DNA of 63,693 nt, counting the filler, from Psammoneis japonica (taxonomy: Eukaryota), in NCBI GenBank assembly GCA_008632985.1. It is 3 parts of 3 records of this genome, joined end to end, with 100 filler letters (N's around TTAATTAATTAA, not from the genome) between each part and the next. Parts side by side here need not be neighbours in the genome. Positions count along the whole stretch, not along the records: positions 56,697 to 63,693 come from QPGO01000461.1; 2 more parts are not named here. One strand, written 5' to 3'. Under the pieces are notes generated by a model. It was not told the origin of the DNA. It worked only from the letters and a program-made list of their open reading frames with translations, and ran no database searches. This document shows, piece after piece, positions 60,262 through 63,693 of this stretch. The translations under genes and the position numbers were made by a program. Position 1 is the first letter of the stretch. Each line of letters begins with the position of its first letter.

Positions 60262-60480
60262 TGTTTGTTTTCCTTGAAAAGACACGTTTGTTTTCCTTGA
60301 AATGACACGCTTGTTTTCCCTGAAACGATGTGTTTGTTTTCTTTGAAATGACATGTTTGTTTCAATTGAAAACACATGTTTGTTTTCCTTGAAATGACAT
60401 GTTTGTTTTCCTTGAAAAGACATTTTTTTCCCCTTGAAACGACATGTTTGTTTTCCTTGAAAAGACATGTTTGTTTTCAC
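60262..60480. repeat. 23-bp satellite block
   Basis: Same unit as 58549-59600; abuts the truncated Copia integrase. Confidence 0.92.
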
Positions 60481-62843
60481 CAATCAAAGAGAGAGAGGGA
60501 AGAGATGTCGGGTGTTGAACCTGTCACCTCCTCTTCTGGGACTCGTCCTCCCATGTCTGACACACTGGTTGCAATCATGCGTCGGATGTCACATGCCCAT
60601 TTGGCGCTGTGGGACCAAAGTCGTCTGTGAGCGCCAGTCCAGTGCAGAGTCACACGGACTCTTTTCTTCAACTCACGAATGGATGCCTCGGCCAGGTTCT
60701 GCCAGGGGCTGCATGGAGTGGACACCAGCAGAAGGCTCCCATCTTGGGGGTGATGTGAGTTCCAGCCGGGGGAGGTTCTCCAGATCCTCATTTGTTGGCT
60801 CGTGTGAATCAAAGACAGAAGCAGCACCTCTTGTTTGCAGTGGCACCCTGATCTTCAAGTCAGGGAAAGCAATGGAGTGCGCGCCATTCGGATCAAACTG
60901 GCAAGGGGTGTCGTGGACAATCAGCCCATTTGCTCGCAGTTGGTTGGGGCACAGAAGGGTGTTGGTCATCTTGTCCCCAAAAAACATGGCGTCGTGGACT
61001 GGCAGCAAGCACGGTTGTCCATCAGTTGGATCAACCCACACGGCAGCAGCCGTGCAAACAGGAGTGTTTTCCATTGGCACATGCTCTTCGGAGTGGGGGT
61101 GCACCACGACAGTTCTGTCGATGTCAGAGCACATCACAAAATTGGACCCAACAGCACACGTGTCAGCGTGCAAGTCTAAATCAGTGGTGGCTTCGTCATC
61201 TGAATTTCCAGCAGATGACAAAGAGACACGCACATCCTTTGAGAATCACCCAGACAAACAAACAGTGCCAGCAGGTTTAGCGACATTTGGTTCTGTGCCT
61301 TTCAGTGCTGGCGCAACTGTTCATTCCTCATTCTGAGGTTTCTCATGTGCGCTGCATCCAAACTGGGTGCCTGCATTGGCGGCAGGTTCACCAGGCTCGT
61401 CAGAGTCTTTCGGTGCATCAGCAGGTTGAGCAGCAGGCTCGGCAACAGCCGCTTTCTTTACAGCGAGAGTTTCGGCATCGACCGACTCAGCTTCCAAGGA
61501 CACAGCAGCAGCTTTGCATTTCTTTTTGGCCTTCTTGGCATCGCGGAGCTTTTGGACTTGCTCTCGCTCGGGACCGTCAAGAGCACTCCGGTCGGAGATG
61601 CCCTTCAGAAAGTCAGAGACCTTCTTGGTCTCGGCCACCAGTTCATCAAGCTCAGACAAGTCGTTGTGAGCCTTTTGATGACGCTGAATGTGCTGGTCAA
61701 ATGCAAATCGACCCCGTCCGGTGCACTTCGCGGCAGCAATCTGTGCATGAGCACGGTTCTTTTGGGTGGTGGCGGCGGCTGATCCTTCTGCCTGCCTCTC
61801 AAGTGCAAAGAAAGCAGTGCGACCATTGCGGCTGCGATTGGAAGGTTTGACAAAAGCCCATCCGGGCCCCCCCATTGCTGACTTCTTCAGGAGATCATGC
61901 AGTTGTTGCCTGTCCTGCGCATGCTGAGCGCCCACAAGGCGGGTGGCAGCAATGAGGTCCTCGTCAATGGCAGCGCAGGTGGCAGCCAACATCTCGGCAG
62001 TGACTTCCTCATGTTCCCCAGCTGGACAGATGAGGGGAACTCCGGCGACGGTGCTGCGGTGGTGGCGCAGTTCGGTCTCCAGCAACTCTTGGAAGGTGGG
62101 CCAGTTGTGTGGGTTCTTTGGCTCCACCGCCGTTTTGGCAGCCAATTCGTCGTCCGAGTCGGCGGACTTGAATTGCTCCAGTTCCTTCAGACGTGCCGCC
62201 CATGTTCCAACAACGTCGCCAGCGAAGAGAGCAGCGGATCAACCCCACAAATTGCTGCATGCTGAGCGCCCGCAAGGCGGGTGGCAGCAATGAGGTCCTC
62301 GTCAATGGCAGCGCAGGTGGCAGCCAACATCTCGGCGGTGACTTCCTCATGTTCCCCAGCTGGACAGATGAGGGGAACTCCGGCGACGGTGCTGCGGTGG
62401 CGGCGCAGTTCGGTCTCCAGCAACTCTTGGAAGGTGGGCCAGTTGTGTGGGTTCTTGAGCTCCACGGCCGTTTTGGCAGCCAATTCGTCGTCCGAGTCAG
62501 CGGACTTGAATTGCTCCAGTTCCATTGGGCGTGCCGCCCATGTTCCAACAACATCGCCAGCGAAGAGAGCAGCAGCCGGCTGTTGGTTCTGGGCTCTGTC
62601 GCAGTCAATCCATGCATGCAGTGCCTTGAGCTTTCGATTTGCCAGGTGTGGAAAGCGGACTTGAGGGCTGGCAGCAGCACCCACGCTTTTCATGGTGCCC
62701 TTCGTCATGTCGGCAATTTCAGTCAAAGGGACCTGCTCCAGGTCCTCGACAGCAGTGAAGCCTTGACGGGCCGTGTGGGTGCGCGTCTGTGCACTGTGCC
62801 CACAACGCGCAAGACAGGCGGCAAAGGCTGCAGCAGCGGCCAT
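60480..62843 (-). mobile_element. Second Ty1/Copia (CoDi-like) relic: gag, protease and integrase C-terminus, with internal deletions and a gag duplication
   Basis: gag 'GGPGWAFVKP...FDQ(H)IQRHQKA(H)NDL..L.E.VAETKKVSDFLKGISD'; protease 'LDLHADTC'; integrase 'P(C)SPWQNLAEASIRELK...TGSTPDIS..FDW'. Segment 61919-62235 is duplicated at 62257-62573. Confidence 0.92.
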
Positions 62844-63564
62844 GGCACATCAGCAGTTGTTCGTGTTTCGATGCGTGAGCGTCCACTTGTGTGAGTGGAG
62901 GAAAGTGAGAAAAATGCATGGCTCTCATGCCGATTTGGCGGTTTCTGCTTGGCGAACCCATGAGCAGGCGGTGTTGCCCCAAGCAACAATGTCCAACAGA
63001 CATGCATTCACATGTGCAGCATCCAAACAATTTGATGATGCACTTTGATTGATGAGATGTGTGCGGTCAAATGACAGACAGCGCACAAAATCATTGCATT
63101 GTCTTTGTCACAAATGTTTGCATGTCTCAGCCGACATGTTCCATCCACATGATCTGACATTTTGTGTGATGATGTCATGTCTGACGGATCACAGCTCTGG
63201 TCTCCAAGAGCATGTTGTTCATGTCCATGAATGTTGACACACACAAAGGACTCAGCAATTGCGCGAGCAACCATGGGACCAACATGGCGCTTGCCACAAA
63301 AATCAATTGATCGCAACGATGCCGTCACACCGTTTGCAATGCCCATTCCAGGCGATGAACATCACAGCGCACTGGCTCTGACAAAGTGACAAAATGCCAC
63401 CATGATGGCTGAGAATTGGGTGCAAGACAAGACAGAGTGTTGAGCAGCATCAGCGGGTTCTAGAATTGTGAGATGTTGCGCCATTGGGGCCGCTGATCAA
63501 GCAACAGTGAACCAATCACCAACAGCACACAAACTGCCTGTGTTTGTGACAGCACATCAGCATT

Positions 63565-63693
63565 TGTTCAAAACAACATGTTTGTTTTCCTTGAAACAAC
63601 ATGTTTGTTTTTCAATGAAAAGACACGTTTGTTTTCCTTGAAAAGACACATTTGTTTTCCTTGAAATGACATGTTTGTTTTCCTTGAAACGAC
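63565..63693. repeat. 23-bp satellite block, running off the window end
   Basis: Same unit as 58549-59600. Confidence 0.9.

Noticed and set aside
58556..60483. ORFs with repeating FQGKQTCLFKENKHVFSRKTNMS
   Set aside because: These are translations of the stop-free 23-bp satellite.

Overview
This is eukaryotic nuclear DNA, almost certainly from a diatom: CCB1 carries a signal peptide plus SA-F plastid motif, introns are short GT-AG, and the Copia elements are diatom-type. It is a draft scaffold with N gaps and TTAATTAATTAA gap linkers. The window alternates between two compartments. (i) Three short islands of normal composition (about 28.55-31.4 kb, 43.9-46.7 kb, 51.5-55.2 kb) hold host genes: CCB1, BolA, a DUF218-like gene, a Ser/Thr-rich ORF, and a frameshifted REase-kinase. 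(ii) About 50 kb of repeat and mobile DNA in which TpA has been almost erased by conversion to TpG or CpA. Conserved Tyr codons become Cys or His, TAA/TAG stops disappear, and sister repeat copies carry TA, TG or CA at the same site. This looks like a repeat-targeted A:T to G:C hypermutation system running opposite to fungal RIP, and it is the main finding. The mutated compartment holds two Copia relics, four copies of a ~387-bp MITE with 6-bp TSDs, satellites and a 103-bp palindrome. It also holds a ~28-kb block of decayed chromatin/DNA-acting genes: JmjC, SET, a duplicated TET/JBP-like 2OG-Fe dioxygenase, an ARM protein with histone H3-tail-like repeats, RusA, an LRR gene and a possible methyltransferase fold. 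Most ORFs in the supplied track over the mutated regions are artefacts of stop-codon loss. All domain calls are motif recognition by eye; no database search was run.
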